DNA of 64,000 nucleotides from NCBI RefSeq assembly GCF_964204645.1, contig NC_134036.1, positions 2,294,001 to 2,358,000 of the forward strand. The letters run 5' to 3'. Positions 12,951-26,860 of the stretch are shown here, in pieces. Source of the stretch: Tubulanus polymorphus (Eukaryota > Animalia > Nemertea). The notes below the pieces were generated by a model that searched no databases, had not been told where the DNA came from, and saw only the letters and a list, made by a program, of their open reading frames with translations. Numbering within the stretch: position 1 is the first letter of the stretch; every line of letters begins with the position of its first letter. Made by a program: the position numbers and the translations under genes.

Positions 12951-15628
12951 GGTGACCATTTTCACCATTTTTGGTTTTTTGTTATCTTGCAATCTAGCTC
13001 TTTTTCAATTCAATATTCCCACCAACCGGTCCGCAGACGATGAGATATATGGGGGGATTAGGGGGATAGTGGACGGTGAGAGCAGAAACGGAAAATATAG
13101 AAAAGGAGAAGAGATATTATGCTTGAGATAAATGAGGACGGAGAGATAGATGGAGATAAGTGAGGACGGAGAGATAGATGGATTGAAAGTCTATTCAATT
13201 TTTACATTTAGTTCCCGAAACTCTGACACCCCTCAGGAGAAAAGCTGGTGGTAAATTGAAAAGCGGTGTCCGTTTACAGGCAGTTCACAGCTTAAGGATT
13301 AAGAGGCTATTCAGATCTTGAATAGTAAACGAAAACTTTTCGAAAGCGGATTTCAATATCAAATTCTCCTGAAATTGCGTTAAAAATGAAAATAAAATTT
13401 GGACATTTTGAGGTAGGAATTTGCTGAGAGGAATCGACGTCGGAATTTTGTCAGAATCAAGCATCAACTTGTCGTTTCAGAAAGTGTCAGTGATTTATGG
13501 TACACTCGACGGAATAAAGAGGGCGTGAAATCCGTCGGGAATCGAACGATAAATTACGTCGCGACTTCGCGGGGGGTTTCTAGCTCTAAAAGACGTTTTT
13601 ACGGCGTATTAATATCCCTTGGCGCACTACGGTTGTAACACACGAACGTGGCACTCGGTTATTAATACGCATGAAATAGTCCCAGGAGATGCCAACAAAT
13701 ACAGAACGGCTTTTAACGTTTGGCTGTCAACAACTAGTAAATAGTTTTATGGGAAGAACTTTCAGTAAAGCCAATTTTTACACTCGTTGTGCGGGTTCTG
13801 CTATAACCTCCTCAGTTGTTCCACTTATGACGTCATCAAATCGTGACGATGTAAAAGGCTTTCTTTAAAATGTCCTAGGCATCATTTTAATGTGATAATC
13901 AGGAACAACCCAGAAATAATGTCAGCCTTCGCATATCACCCTATGACATACTTTAAGTTAAGATGGCTGCTTCAGGAATTACCCCTATGACATCATCAAG
14001 TTGATAAGGTTGAAACCATCTCAATACGATGTTGACAATGATCAAGAAGTGGCCATGCCGTAATATAGGGAGATTGGGACATGGGCAAAATGTTCGCAAA
14101 GAATATTCTAAAAAAATGAGATAAAAGCCAACTTACCTATAGATGGAGTGGAGTCGACATCAATTTGTAGCAGCACCGAGAAAGTAGAAAATAGAGGAAA
14201 AATGCATTTAGAAATTTAATTTACAAGTGAGAATTTCGGAGCAACATCAGTTAATTTGTAGCGATTACAGAAAATTACACATTTTCGGTACAAAATTTAC
14301 ATGCAACAATGGTGTACAACAATGAGTACGGTTACGGTGTTTATTGAAAAAGCGCATAGATACAATATACATACATTGTGCAACAATAAGTACGGTTACA
14401 GTGACTAGAAACAATATGCAAATAAATGAAAGAATTCATACAAAAAAAGAAAAAGACATTATATGTTTCCACGAACAAATAAAACGTGCATTAAAAATGT
14501 TGTTCATGCATTCGTCGTGCACGTGCCAAAAATAAATGTTATTTTATTTATATTTTTATTTCATGCTAAAAATAAAGAAAAAATATTGCATTTCGTATAC
14601 AATACTTTGTTAGAGGAAATGACAGGTAACCCGGCAACCAGAAAAGGTGCGATGGTCCATGAAAAAAATGCACGGATGTTTTATTTCATTTCATTTATTC
14701 ATTAAAAAAAAAATCATGGACCCTGACAACGAAAAATACCGCGATAGTTTATTTCTAAAAGCAAAAAGGCCCACGATATTCTCTAAACCACTGAAAAGTT
14801 TTATTTATTATTTCACTCATTTTTTCATTTGAGGCCGATAAAAAAGCAACAACAACGTGCGTTTATAGGTTTCTACGACGACAGTGGAATAATTGCCATC
14901 ACCTTGGTAATATTTTTTTGTTGTTTATTCGAATGGAAACGGCTTCGTTTGTTGGAGTTTAAGAGAATCAGTTCCCCTCGCGCAATGATACGATTTCGTT
15001 CTGATTCTGTTGCACGAAACTACTTTCTTATTTTTTGTTTTCACCGTTTACGGTATTGTTAATTTACGCTTTTCGCCGTTGGGAATTTTTTGTTCGGTTT
15101 TGAGGTCGAATTAAGTTTGTCGTTACCTTTCGGATTGGGAATTGGGTGACAACTCATTAGTTTCCAATTTTAAATCTGGCGATGTCGACAACTTCGACTT
15201 TTGAAAACGCATGAGACAATGCAACCGTGATAGTTTTCAGAGTACGAGAGGACTGGGCTGATCCATAAGGGATGGATCCATTGTTTGATCACCGGAGCGC
15301 AGCGTCCAACACCAAGGGTAGGCATCAATTGCCAAAAGCCAACGGATACCATTGGCTGATGTGCCTTCAGGAGACAAGGGGTAGTTTATCACAGGGAAAA
15401 CGTGTTCTATCATAAGGAAGGTAGGGTTGGGTTTACTGAGAACCAACAGGCTGGGATGAATTTAAAAGGTGGTTCTATCTTAGCATCAGGAGGGTTAGGG
15501 GTGGGTCAGTTAAATACCAAAAGGTTGGGATCACTTGGAAAGGTCTCCTTCTAAGGGATGCGAGAGGTTTTCTAGACCAAAAGGTGTTTTAACATCAAGA
15601 GGTTACAGAGCGGGGGCTGGATCTAAAT

Positions 15629-16880
15629 TAAGGATGGGATGGGATGGGATGTTAGGGATGGGATGGGATGGGATGGGATGGGATGTTAGGGATGGGATGG
15701 GATGGGATGGGATGTTAGGGATGTTAAGGATGGGATGTTAGGGATGTTAGGGATGTTAGGGATGGGATGTTAGGGATGGGATGTTAGGGATGGGATGTTA
15801 GGGATGGGATGGGATGTTAGGGATGGGATGGGATGTTAGGGATGGGATGTTAGGGATGGGATGTTAGGGATGGGATGTTAGGGATGGGATGTTAGGGATG
15901 GGATGTTAGGGATGGGATGTTAGGGATGGGATGTTAGGGATGGGATGTTAGGGATGGGATGTTAGGGATGGGATGTTAGGGATGGGATGGGATGGGATGG
16001 GATGGGATGGGATGTTAGGGGATGGGATGTTAGGGATGGGATGTTAGGGATGGGATGTTAGGGATGGGATGTTAGGGATGGGATGTTAGGGATGGGATGT
16101 TAGGGATGGGATGTTAGGGATGGGATGGGATGGGATGGGATGGGATGGGATGTTAGGGGATGGGATGTTAGGGATGGGATGTTAGGGATGGGATGTTAGG
16201 GATGGGATGTTAGGGATGGGATGGGATGGGATGGGATGGGATGGGATGGGATGTTAGGGGATGGGATGTTAGGGATGGGATGTTACGGATGGGATGTTAG
16301 GGATGGGATGGGAGGGGATGGGATGGGATGTTAGGGATGGGATGTTAGGGATGGGATGTTAGGGATGGGATGTTAGGGATGGGATGTTAGGGATGGGATG
16401 TTAGGGATGGGATGTTAGGGATGGGATGTTAGGGATGGGATGTTAGGGATGGGATGTTAGGGATGGGATGTTAGGGATGGGATGGGATGTTAGGGATGGG
16501 ATGGGATGTTAGGGGATGGGATGTTAGGGATGGGATGTTAGGGATGGGATGTTAGGGATGGGATGGGATGGGATGGGATGTTAGGGATGGGATGTTAGGG
16601 ATGGGATGTTAGGGATGGGATGTTAGGGATGGGATGTTAGGGATGGGATGTTAGGGATGGGATGTTAGGGATGGGATGGGATGTTAGGGATGGGATGTTT
16701 GGGATGGGATGGGATGGGATGTTAGGGATGGGATGGGATGTTAGGGATGGGATGGGATGGGATGTTAGGGGATGGGATGTTAGGGATGGGATGGGATGGG
16801 ATGTTAGGGATGGGATGGGATGGGATGTTAGGGGATGGGATGTTAGGGATGGGATGGGATGGGATGTTAGGGATGGGATG
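15629..16880. repeat. (GGGAT)n / (GGGATGTTAGGGAT)n G-rich satellite
   Basis: 1.25 kb of 5-mer and 14-mer units; each 14-mer contains TTAGGG. Confidence 0.95.
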
Positions 16881-19800
16881 GTGTTTCAACATCAAGAGGG
16901 AAGGTGGAGGAAAGTTCAGTAAATTCTGTTCTCGACTCGATTTGGGAGGTAATGGGTTAATGTGGAAAGCAATAAAGTGGGATTTCACGGCAAGATGAAC
17001 CGGCACTAAATAGAGTATTAAACGGAGTTAACGCCGAATTGAAGATCACACACACGCATAGCGAGGCTCTCGTCTGCGAGAAATATAACGCTTCAATAGT
17101 TTTGACACACGACGACAAACCTGCAGACAAGCAGACGACTCGAGCGATACCGGCGTCATGTTAATAGCGACATTTAACGGAACCGGCTTACTTCATTGTG
17201 TCTCGAATGTTTCAGTTTGAAATTAGAAATTATTCTATATAACAGATAAAATATTTTTCCTATCAGTTTATGATATTTCAAATTCCTAAGTCCGTGACAT
17301 TTCAAATTCCTTAGTTAATGAGATCTCAACCTCTGCAGGTTATGATATCTGAAATTCTTCAGGTTATATTTCAGGCAATCAACAAGTTAGTGATATATTC
17401 CAAATCAATTTGCTCATCATGATATTTCAAATGATACCACTTATGATATATCAAATTCGTTAGCTTATGCCTCGAAATTCTATCTAAAATTCATAGTTTA
17501 TATTCCTTCGATCATGATATTTCAAATGATACCACTTATGATATATCAAAATACTTATTTTTTTTTTAAATTCCTAAGTTTATAATATGCCAAATTAATC
17601 CGTTTTTAATATCTCAAGTTCCTTACAAAATGATACCTCAAGTTCATCGTATATATCGATATCAATCGACTACATAATATGAATGAAAGAATATGATATT
17701 TTTCCCAACAATATCGAATTAATGATATTTCAATACGCCGTGCGACACTTGCAAAAATACTAACTGACAATAATTCATCTTCAAAAGAGATAAATCTACA
17801 AAAAAATGATAAATCTTCTACAGAAAAAAAACGTCAACAACGAATGATTTATTAGAAGGCCACACACGCCACGCTGTCACAGTCACCGGATTCTATTCAG
17901 AATTCTTCCGCCAGACCATCAGAACATATAAATAGATATATCCAAAAAGAATATCGATATATCACGACATATAAATAGATATATCCAAATATAAAGAATA
18001 TCGTGATAGGTAATTTATTTTCGGACTAAGATAAATTCGAGCCCATAAATCAGACGGACACGACAACGTCTGCGTAATGTATCTCTCTCGAGAACAGCTG
18101 ACGCAAAAGACAACGTAATTAACGTTACATACGTAACAATGTAACACGTAAAGTAACGTAACAACTACTTAAAACCGAACGTTCGACGATAACGCTGCGG
18201 CGACGTTACGAGATAACGCTTCATCTGATTCGACGTTAACGTAAAACGACGCGTATCTACTCGGCGGATAGATTTAGTACGTGTATAACGTAAACGTTGG
18301 CTTAACGCTGTAACGCTGGAACAAGCAGCTGGCAATATTTGAACGTCACGTCGAATACTGGTCGACATCGGTTCTTACGTTGCCCAGGCGTATTGATGAA
18401 GGTGTATTTTTGCATTGTTGTCGCCTAATCTAGGATTACTGACAATACGTACAATACGGACCGGAGATTTTCTGATTTACAGATTTGAGCCCGACATAAA
18501 TAGTAACGCCACATTCGTCTTACTGCGCATAATGAAATAAAAAATGATGAGTTCATCCCGCGGAGCAAAAACATTATTCCTAACTGATCGACACATTTTC
18601 TTTTAAAGGGAAAGAGAAAACAGATTTTCAATAACCTGGGTTTTAATATTTACGATTTAAAAAATGCAGCTATCAAACATTGTGAATTTTTTATCTAGAT
18701 TTTGATTATATCGTTAGACTACTTACTTAGAGATATCAATAACTAATTGCTTGCAGTCTGACTTGAGATTTAATAGTTACGTTTCTTTACTAGTATCAGG
18801 ATAATTTATCCTGAATAATATTCTATCCCTTTTTCCAAAATATAAGAAAGAAATTTGAGTAATCTTGATGCGGTTGAGACGAAGATATTTCCGGATTTCT
18901 GAACATTATTTAATTAGTTTCTACTTTTGAGTCATAATTTGTATTTCTTATTTCAAAACTTTTAATTAAACATGATTGAATTCAAAATTCGAAATCCATT
19001 ATTTCAAATTTGTTTGTTTATGATATAAATCTAAATTTGTTAAATCTTTTCTTCAACATAATGATCGACCTTCACTGTAAAATTGAGATTAATTTCTAAG
19101 TTTCTCTCGGCGCCGCAAACCCTTCCCGCATATTAAACCTCGACTAATAAAGACGGTTAGTGAAATGTTTTGTACAAACCCGCCAACAAAGAAATGGGCC
19201 TGTACGTCGAAACAACCACAATGACGATTTTCATTAAATTTTAATTTTTCTTCAAGCGGAATATCAATTATTCGTCTGTAGCCGATGACAAGTTCTATAG
19301 ATATTTCGTATTTAGAGATACAAAAGATTTAACCACGACAACCTGTGGCAGCTATTGTATTGTACATATCGTATCTGCACTGGAATCGTTTAGAAGCATG
19401 TTGTTTTTCCTGACTCTGCTAAGAATCCAATCAAAAAAGCTTTTGTTTGTCTGTTTGCTGATACCTTCTACATATATATATATATATATATATATCTGGA
19501 GATACTACAAAAACATTGCCAAGACAACCTGCGGGTTGGCAGCTAGTACATATCGTTTATACTGTGAAATTGATTAGGTAGTCCAAAAGATGGTAGATGC
19601 CGATTTCTAACGATGCCGATTTCTAATGGAAGTGATATTTTTTCTAAAAAAGAAATTAGTTTTTCTCCAAAAAAAAATTAAGCTGGTTTCTTTTTTCTAA
19701 CATTCAGGTGTTATCTAATTAGACTTTTTAGACATCGATTAGATAGTCAAAAATATGATAGATGCCGATTTCTAACGATTGAGAAGTAACATTTGTTTCT

Positions 19801-20117
19801 CAAAAAAAAATTATCTTTTCTCAAAAAGCATTCTAAGTAAGCTATTTAAATTTTCTAACATTCATGTGCTATCAAATTAGAATTTTAAACATTATAAATC
19901 CAAAGAAACGTTGAATTAATATATTTTTAATTAAAGGTCTAAGGGGGTTGGGTTTGAATAGAACGACTTGCGAGGAATCAAGCACGTACGTAAAGGTCAT
20001 TGATATCGCTAACTTAGAACAGGAAGTAACTATAGAGACGACGTCAACAATACGCAACAGTCGATAACTAATTAAACGTCACCTGATTATAATCGATATT
20101 CTTAAAGAAAGAAGTCA

Positions 20118-20565
20118 AAAGAGAGACGGGGAGAGGACAGGGAAGAGAAGGGGAGAGAGGAGGGGGAAGGGGAGGGAGTGAAAGAGGGAGATAAAGAGGA
20201 GAGGAGAGAGGAGAGAAGGAGGGAGAGAGAGAAAGGAGGGAGAGAGGAGAGAGGAGAGGGGGAGAGGAGAGAGGAAGGGAGAGGGGAGGGAGAGAGGAGA
20301 GGAGAGGAGAGAGGGGGAGAGGAGAGAGGAAGGGAGAGGGGAGGGAGAGAGGAGAGGAGAGGAGAGAGGGGGAGAGGAGAGAGGGAGAGAGGAGAGAGGG
20401 AGGGAGAGAGGAGAGAGGGGGAGAGGAGAGAGGGAGAGAGGAGAGAGGGAGAGAGGAGAGAGGGAGGGAGAGAGGAGAGAGGAGAGAGAGAGGAGAGAGG
20501 AAGGGAGAGGGGAGGGAGAGGAGAGAGGTAGAGGGTGGAGAGGAGGGTAGAGGGAGAGGGGAAGG
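20118..20565. repeat. GA-rich polypurine tract
   Basis: Almost entirely G/A, built from (GGAGA)-type units. Confidence 0.9.
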
Positions 20566-21284
20566 AGTCTTTGAAATAGAATCTCGTTGAAGTAAGAAGC
20601 ATAACACGCATGCACTTCAAAGGTAGAAAAAGAACGGTTTTTTTCTGAAGCGACATGATTCTTAATTCCTGATAAAAAATATACCTAACTTTTTTAGAAC
20701 ATAAAGTCTTTTGATCTAGAACTGTAGCCGAAGGAATCTAGAATTCATTATTTACAGAAAAAAAACCTGAAAAACTAACTAACTCTGGAATATTCTAGAC
20801 GCGCGATGATCAGAATTGCTACAATTTCGACTCTTAATCGTCCTAAACTTAATTAAAACTGCAAAATTCCTGACAATTCTAATTTTCATTTGAGTCACTC
20901 GTTGAAAAAAAAAGCGCTGAAAATTTTATTTTTTACTCAAATCAGAAATTTCAAGAAGCCGTTTTACACAAGGAGTTGCCCTAAGCGAATTTACTCCGGG
21001 ATTAGATTGTTTACTGATAGATTAACGTCTTCGATTGCAGCGCCACTCGACGGTGACGTTCTGCTCAAGTGACAGTTCCGTTTCCGGTCTGTCTTTACCA
21101 ACCATTAGGCAATTTCCGGTCGGGGCGCGTGAGATCACAACGGGAGCCGTATGCGCGATATTGAGTCGTCTGTCTGTTAACGGCATGACGGATACAGGAT
21201 ACCAGTCGCATAGAGCAGACGGCAGAGACGTGTGAAGAGTTCTTAAACTCTACGATAAAAAGTGCTTTAACTATAGGCGATATT

Positions 21285-22100
21285 TGGATGGAGTGGGAGA
21301 GAGGAGAGGGAGTAAGGAGAGGTTAGGGGTAGGTAGGGGGAGGGGAGAGTGGGGAGAGGGGTGAGGGATGGAGAGGGAGAGGGGGAGAGAGGAAAGGAGG
21401 GGGAGACGGATGGAGAGAGAGAGGGAGAGGGAGGGAGAGAAGGTGGGGAGAGAGGAAAGGATGGGGAGAGGGATGGAGAGGGAGAGGGAGAGGGAGGGAG
21501 AGAAGGTGGGGAGAGAGGAAAGGATGGGGAGAGGGATGGAGAGGGAGAGGGGGAGAGAGGAAAGGAGGGGGAGACGGATGGAGAGGGAGAGGGAGAGGGA
21601 GGGAGAGAAGGTGGGGAGAGAGGAAAGGATGGGGAGACGGATGGAGAGGGAGAGGGAGAGGGAGGGAGAGAAGGTGGGGAGAGAGGAAAGGATGGGGAGA
21701 GGGATGGAGAGGGAGAGGGGGAGAGAGGAAAGGAGGGGGAGACGGATGGAGAGGGAGAGGGAGAGGGAGGGAGAGAAGGTGGGGAGAGAGGAAAGGATGG
21801 GGAGACGGATGGAGAGGGAGAGGGAGAGGGAGGGAGAGAAGGTGGGGAGAGAGGAAAGGATGGGGAGACGGATGGAGAGGGAGAGGGAGAGGGAGGGAGA
21901 GAAGGTGGGGAGAGAGGAAAGGATGGGGAGAGGGATGGAGAGGGAGGAGAGAGGAGAGGGAGTGAGGAGAGGGTAGGGGTAGGTAGGGTGAGGGATGGAG
22001 AGGAGAGGATGGGGAGAGAGGAGAGGGTGGGGAAAGGGATGGAGAGGGAGAGGGAGGGAGAGATGAGATGGAGGAGAGCCAGGAGACAAGAGAGGAGGGA
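21285..22100. repeat. GA-rich minisatellite with alternating long and short units
   Basis: Recurrent gagaaggtggggagagaggaaaggatggggaga and gagaggaaaggagggggagacggatgg modules. Confidence 0.9.
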
Positions 22101-22904
22101 TGTTAGGACAGAGAAGAGTGATGTATGATGACAGTTTGGTAAAAATTAGTTATGGGATCTAGAGAAGACTAAACGATTAGGACGTATGGGGAGGATGCTA
22201 AGGACTGGAGGCTATGAAGCTATATAGGTTATGATGCTTGAAGGCTAGGGGTAAGGGTGATTGGATCGGTCAAGTCGAGGGATGGATTTGGAGGGGATTG
22301 GAGGGCACCAATGGATATCGTCCAAAATACTGCCTTGCGTCCGAAACAGAAGAAGCGAAGAACCTTGATTGCCCCGACGCATCGACCGTGTGCGCCATCC
22401 TACGTATCATCGTCAATGGCGTGTGCGCGTTTGGCACACGCGGAACCGATGTTATTGTTTCGCGTTTGAATTTACTCACCTCGTAATCTTCTGTTTCTCA
22501 TCTGCTTCTAAGACATCGAAAAATGGCACAAAAACGTCGAGATGATGGAAATGCCACCATTTTGTTGTTAAAGATGCTCTCAAAAAACGTGTGCGCGCAA
22601 TATTGTGTGTTTGAGGTTGCAGCGAAACGATGATACGTAGAAGTCGCGAAGGTATGCGCTAGTGGGCTCCATGAATGTTGTTTAGATTAGAGAGAATTGA
22701 CGAAAGGGGCTAAGGAGTCCATGTATAGCGATGAGCTTGGATATGTAAAGAGAATATTGGATCGGTTTAAGGGATTTAGTGAATAGGCCTGGAAGGGGTA
22801 CTGAGGAGTATAGTAGGCCTAGTACTCACATATTGTGTCAACCCCGATTTTTGAAATAGTCTTAATATTTGGATTAACAGCTTTTTAGTCAAAATACGTA
22901 GTTT

Positions 22905-23316
22905 TTGTAAACAGGCCTATAGAAAATTGAGTTTAATTTTTAAAATTGAAAATTGAGCTATTTCAAACTATGTGAATTGATGATAGGCCTGAGAGGCGCT
23001 TATTCGGGACAGTACTTACCAGCTTTACACTTAACACAGTGAATATAGTTTGGAAAAAGGCCTACAGAGAATTGAGTTTAATTTTTTTAGCTATTTTAAA
23101 CTATGTGAATTGATGATAGGCCTGAGAGGCGCTTATTCGGGACAGCACTTACCAGCTTTACAATAAACACAGTGAATACAGTTTGTAAAAAGGCCTACAG
23201 AGAATTGAGTTTAATTTGTTTAGCTATTTCAAACTATGTGCATTGATGATAGGCCTGAGAGGCGCTTATTTGGGACAGCACTTACCAGCTTTACACTTAA
23301 CACAGTGAATATAGTT
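22905..23316. repeat. ~130-bp tandem repeat, 3 units
   Basis: aggcctacagagaattgagtttaattt...gataggcctgagaggcgcttattcgggacagcacttaccagctttacac occurs three times. Confidence 0.9.
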
Positions 23317-23574
23317 GTTACGACTAAGGGGTAAGGAGGGAGGCTGAACCCGCCATGAACTAGAAACGTCTTAGAAGATGAGAAAATGGAAACCTTTGCA
23401 ACGGAACAGAGTGAAAACCTGTAATCTGTAACCGGGCCTGTAAAACCCGCAGAAACGGGCCGTGGAAATCTGCACACAAAAAAAACTACCTCCGGTGATA
23501 TATGCAAGCGGTGCAAGGGGGGTCTCCTACTACAGGACTGACCAACAGCCTGCATGTAATACGGGGGCGATATA

Positions 23575-23748
23575 GTGGCTAGCATTCGGACTTATCAGCT
23601 CTATTCATTGCCGACCGCGATGAACGGGTAGTGGTTAGCACTCGGATACAACTTATCAGCTGAAGTCATTGCTGACCGCGATGAACGGGTAGTGGCTAGC
23701 ACTCGGATACAACTTATCAGCTGCATTCATTGCCGACCTAGATGAACT
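23575..23748. repeat. ~60-bp tandem repeat, 3 units, next to a splice donor
   Basis: agtggctagcactcggatacaacttatcagct...cattgc(c/t)gaccgcgatgaacgggt repeated. Confidence 0.85.
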
Positions 23749-23760
23749 ATAAATACTTAC

Positions 23761-24169
23761 TGCTATATTCGTTTCCGACGACGTCTTTCAAAAATTTCTG
23801 ATTGATATCTTGATGCCGGAAGCGTTTGTGATCGAGAGTAATGTTGTTGTTCGATTGGAGAATGACGTCGTTTAATGATCCCATAAACAGGTGGCAGAAT
23901 TCCTGAATTACGTGCGACTGTCCGAGATTGTCGTACAGCGTGCGAATACGGTGCCAACCGTAGGCCCGGAATATCGATTGGATGATATCGGCGAAATCTC
24001 GAGCGTTCGCCGGGTTAATACGCGTCAGCAGGGGGTACATGATTTTTTTCCTGGTGCCGAAATCGTCGGCGAAACAACCCGGCGATATCATCGGCATGTT
24101 CCAGTAGCGCATCTGACGCGCGACGGGTGCGGCCGTGTAGTCGCACACCGGACCCAGAAATACGTTCAC
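23761..24169 (-). CDS. Coding exon 2 of a natriuretic peptide receptor / receptor guanylyl cyclase-like gene (ANF-receptor ligand-binding domain)
   Basis: VNVFLGPVCDYTAAPVARQMRYWNMPMISPG...YPLLTRI...YGW...FCH matches hallmark motifs of the NPR extracellular domain (GPxCxY, PxARxxxxWxxPxxS, YxxLTR). Acceptor ttattgcacag at 24171/24170; donor A|gtaagt at 23760 (phase 1). Confidence 0.9.
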
Positions 24170-24179
24170 CTGTGCAATA

Positions 24180-24960
24180 AAATTACCTAGAATTAATTCA
24201 TGGTTTGATTTTATAAATAATGAAATTCGCTGAATATTTTTAAAATTAATGTTATTTTATAAATTGGCTCAATACATGTATTGTTAAATTAACTATTTTT
24301 TTAAGAATTAGCTAAATATTGTTAAAATCAATTTTTGATAGTTCAATATTTACATTACGTCGAATTAATTCATGCATTAAATTAACTCACAAAACTACAT
24401 AAATATTATTGAAATTAATTATATTTGAGTGTTTAATATTGAAATAACGTAGAATTGATTGCAAATTAATTTTTCAGTTTAATATTCACATTACGTAGAA
24501 TTAATTGATGGTTTTTAAAATAAATCATAAATTTGCCTACATCTTGTTGAAATTAATGTTTAATTAAATTTTGAATTTCTAATATTCAAATTAAGTAGAA
24601 TTCCTTCATGGCTTTTAAATTAACTAACAAAACTACCTAAATATTGTTGAAATTAATTATATTTGAGTGTTTAATATTGAAATAACGTAGAATTGATTGC
24701 AAATTAATTTATCAGTTTGATATTCACATTACGTAGAATTGATGGTTTTTAAAATAAATCATAAAATTACCTAAATCTTGTTAAAATTAATTCTAAATTA
24801 AATTTTTATATTGTTTAATATTCAAATTACGTAGAATTAATTCATGGCTTTCAGAATAAATTATAAAATCATTTAAATATTCCTGAATTAAATTTTGAGT
24901 TTTTAATATTGACATTGAGTAGGATAAATCCATGGTTTTTAATATAAATTCAACGAATGT
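24180..24960. repeat. AT-rich degenerate intronic tandem repeat
   Basis: Recurrent attacgtagaattaattcatgg motif and a ~240-bp duplicated block. Confidence 0.7.
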
Positions 24961-25319
24961 TGTGAGATTTAGTTTTTTTCTCTAATCTTAAGAACAAATA
25001 CAGATTTTAAATTTCGTATCTATGATGGTAATGACCCGATACAATGTAAGTCTCAACAGGTAGACAATATCAAAATATCGATTTAATTGAATTAAATTAT
25101 CTCATTATTTTATTTTACATAAAATTATTTCATTTTATTCAAAATCATTTTTAAAGACAATATCAAAATATCTATTTCATTATTTAAATTATTTCATCAT
25201 TTTATTTCACATGAAATTATTTCATTTCATTCAAAAATATTTTCAAAATTATTTTCGAAATTTCACTTTTTTTCAAGATTATTGATCGTCTGCTCACGGC
25301 GTTGTTATTCTATACTGAC

Positions 25320-25697
25320 CTCTTTACGCAGATAAAACTGAATCGCCTGATTCATACCGTCACCATCCGAACAGTTCGTATCGCCCCATTTCAGCGATAA
25401 AGTATAACCGCCGGTAATCTTCACTTTCCGCTTAGCGATATCTATCGCTGGGAAAACTTTTCGCGCCGAGAAATACCACTTATCGTCGCCGGGCACTAGC
25501 AGCGAGATGTTCACCTGTTTACCGGGCACGACGGTACGCTCCGTTAGAGTCCTCCAGACGATATCGGCAGCCGTCTGCAGCCCGCCACCGCTGACGTCAC
25601 CGATGAACCCCCAGCAATGCGCGAGTAAAAGTAATACGGTCGCGCTACGCGAAAACGTCACCAGAGGACGCTTCGTTACCGATTTAATTAATTCCAT
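25320..25697 (-). CDS. First coding exon of the NPR/receptor guanylyl cyclase-like gene
   Basis: ATG in gcggccATGG context; signal-peptide-like ATVLLLLAHCWG; then VNISLLVP...FS...VFPAIDIA...GDTNCS...AI typical of the ANF-receptor N-terminus. Donor GAG|gtcagt at 25319 (phase 0) joins exon 2 in frame. A possible upstream acceptor (tatatatttccag) at 26267/26266 suggests a 5' non-coding exon further right. Confidence 0.88.
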
Positions 25698-26860
25698 GGC
25701 CGCTTGACGGCGCTAGTATCGACTTATCCGAAATATCGTCGTTAATCCGTCTCGAGAAACTCGCTATTTTATCGATATTCAAAAGAAAAAAATATTTTTT
25801 CAAAGTTTCACCGCCATTTAACCGAAAAGTTTGGCCATTTTTCTCGATATTCGCGACTTTTCAGAATTCCGTCCCCATGGAGACACGCGACAATGTTGTT
25901 GCTTTTCAAGAAATAACAACCACTTTGGCCACGTATTGTGTATTGCGTATTGCGTATCGTGTATTGGGTATTGGGTATTGGATACTTGCGAATATAGATC
26001 TCAAACTAAACTTTTTGTATCGGCGCACTAAAATTGCACCACTCCAGGAGTACGCGACACATATAACGATACACAGTCATGTAAAATATAATCCAGTAGT
26101 AACGCGTACACAATGCCGACATACACAGTAATAGTATAATCCGAGAGTAAGTCCTGTTACAAGTATGACGCTAAGATAAGTCCAGAGAGCAAAAAAATAA
26201 CTTCCCTTAATTCGGCGATGTCAATTTGATCCGCGATTCAATGCAGTTACCATTGTTGCTTCATCCTGGAAATATATAAAAATTACAGGAAATTATTCGT
26301 TTGAAAATTTGAAAAAACAAAAGAAAATCGTTAAAAATAGTTAATGAAAATAATGATAATAATAATGATAATAATAATAAATATAGAAATGAAAATAAAT
26401 AAAAATCAAAGATTTAAAATTAAATAAATTTTAAAAATTATTTTGAAAATAATTCGCAAAAGCTAAATACGAATTTCAGATCGGAAAAAAAAGTTTTCAA
26501 AAACCTAAATGAGCGCAAAAATGGTTGTATGATAATAACCGTTGTGAAAACTGGTTTCCCACATCGTCTGCTTGGGTCGATGTTGTACATGTATTAGGAG
26601 ATATGGGTAAACGGGAGTTGTATGTACATGTACATATGTGACGCATCTGATGAAAACGACGTTTCGTTTAAATATAGATTTATGGATTTTATCTTTAAAT
26701 GCGATACTATTGAAGCTGGTTGAGTGAGGGTCAGTAGGTTGATTGACCGACAGACCGACAGTCTATAGACCGACAGACGTTGACTGACTATGCATCCCGC
26801 TATAGAATCAGGAATGTCAGAAAACATTAGAAAAGTAATACGCGCACCAAAACAAGATTT

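Noticed and set aside
13604-13670. 11-bp inverted repeat gcgtattaata / tattaatacgc
   Set aside because: Too short and single-copy here to call an element; possibly a transposon fragment.
15629-16880. Interstitial telomere
   Set aside because: TTAGGG is never tandem and is always embedded in GGGAT-based units.
20068-22128. Long ORFs on both strands (EREG- or SPL-rich)
   Set aside because: Artefacts of GA-rich repeats that lack stop codons.
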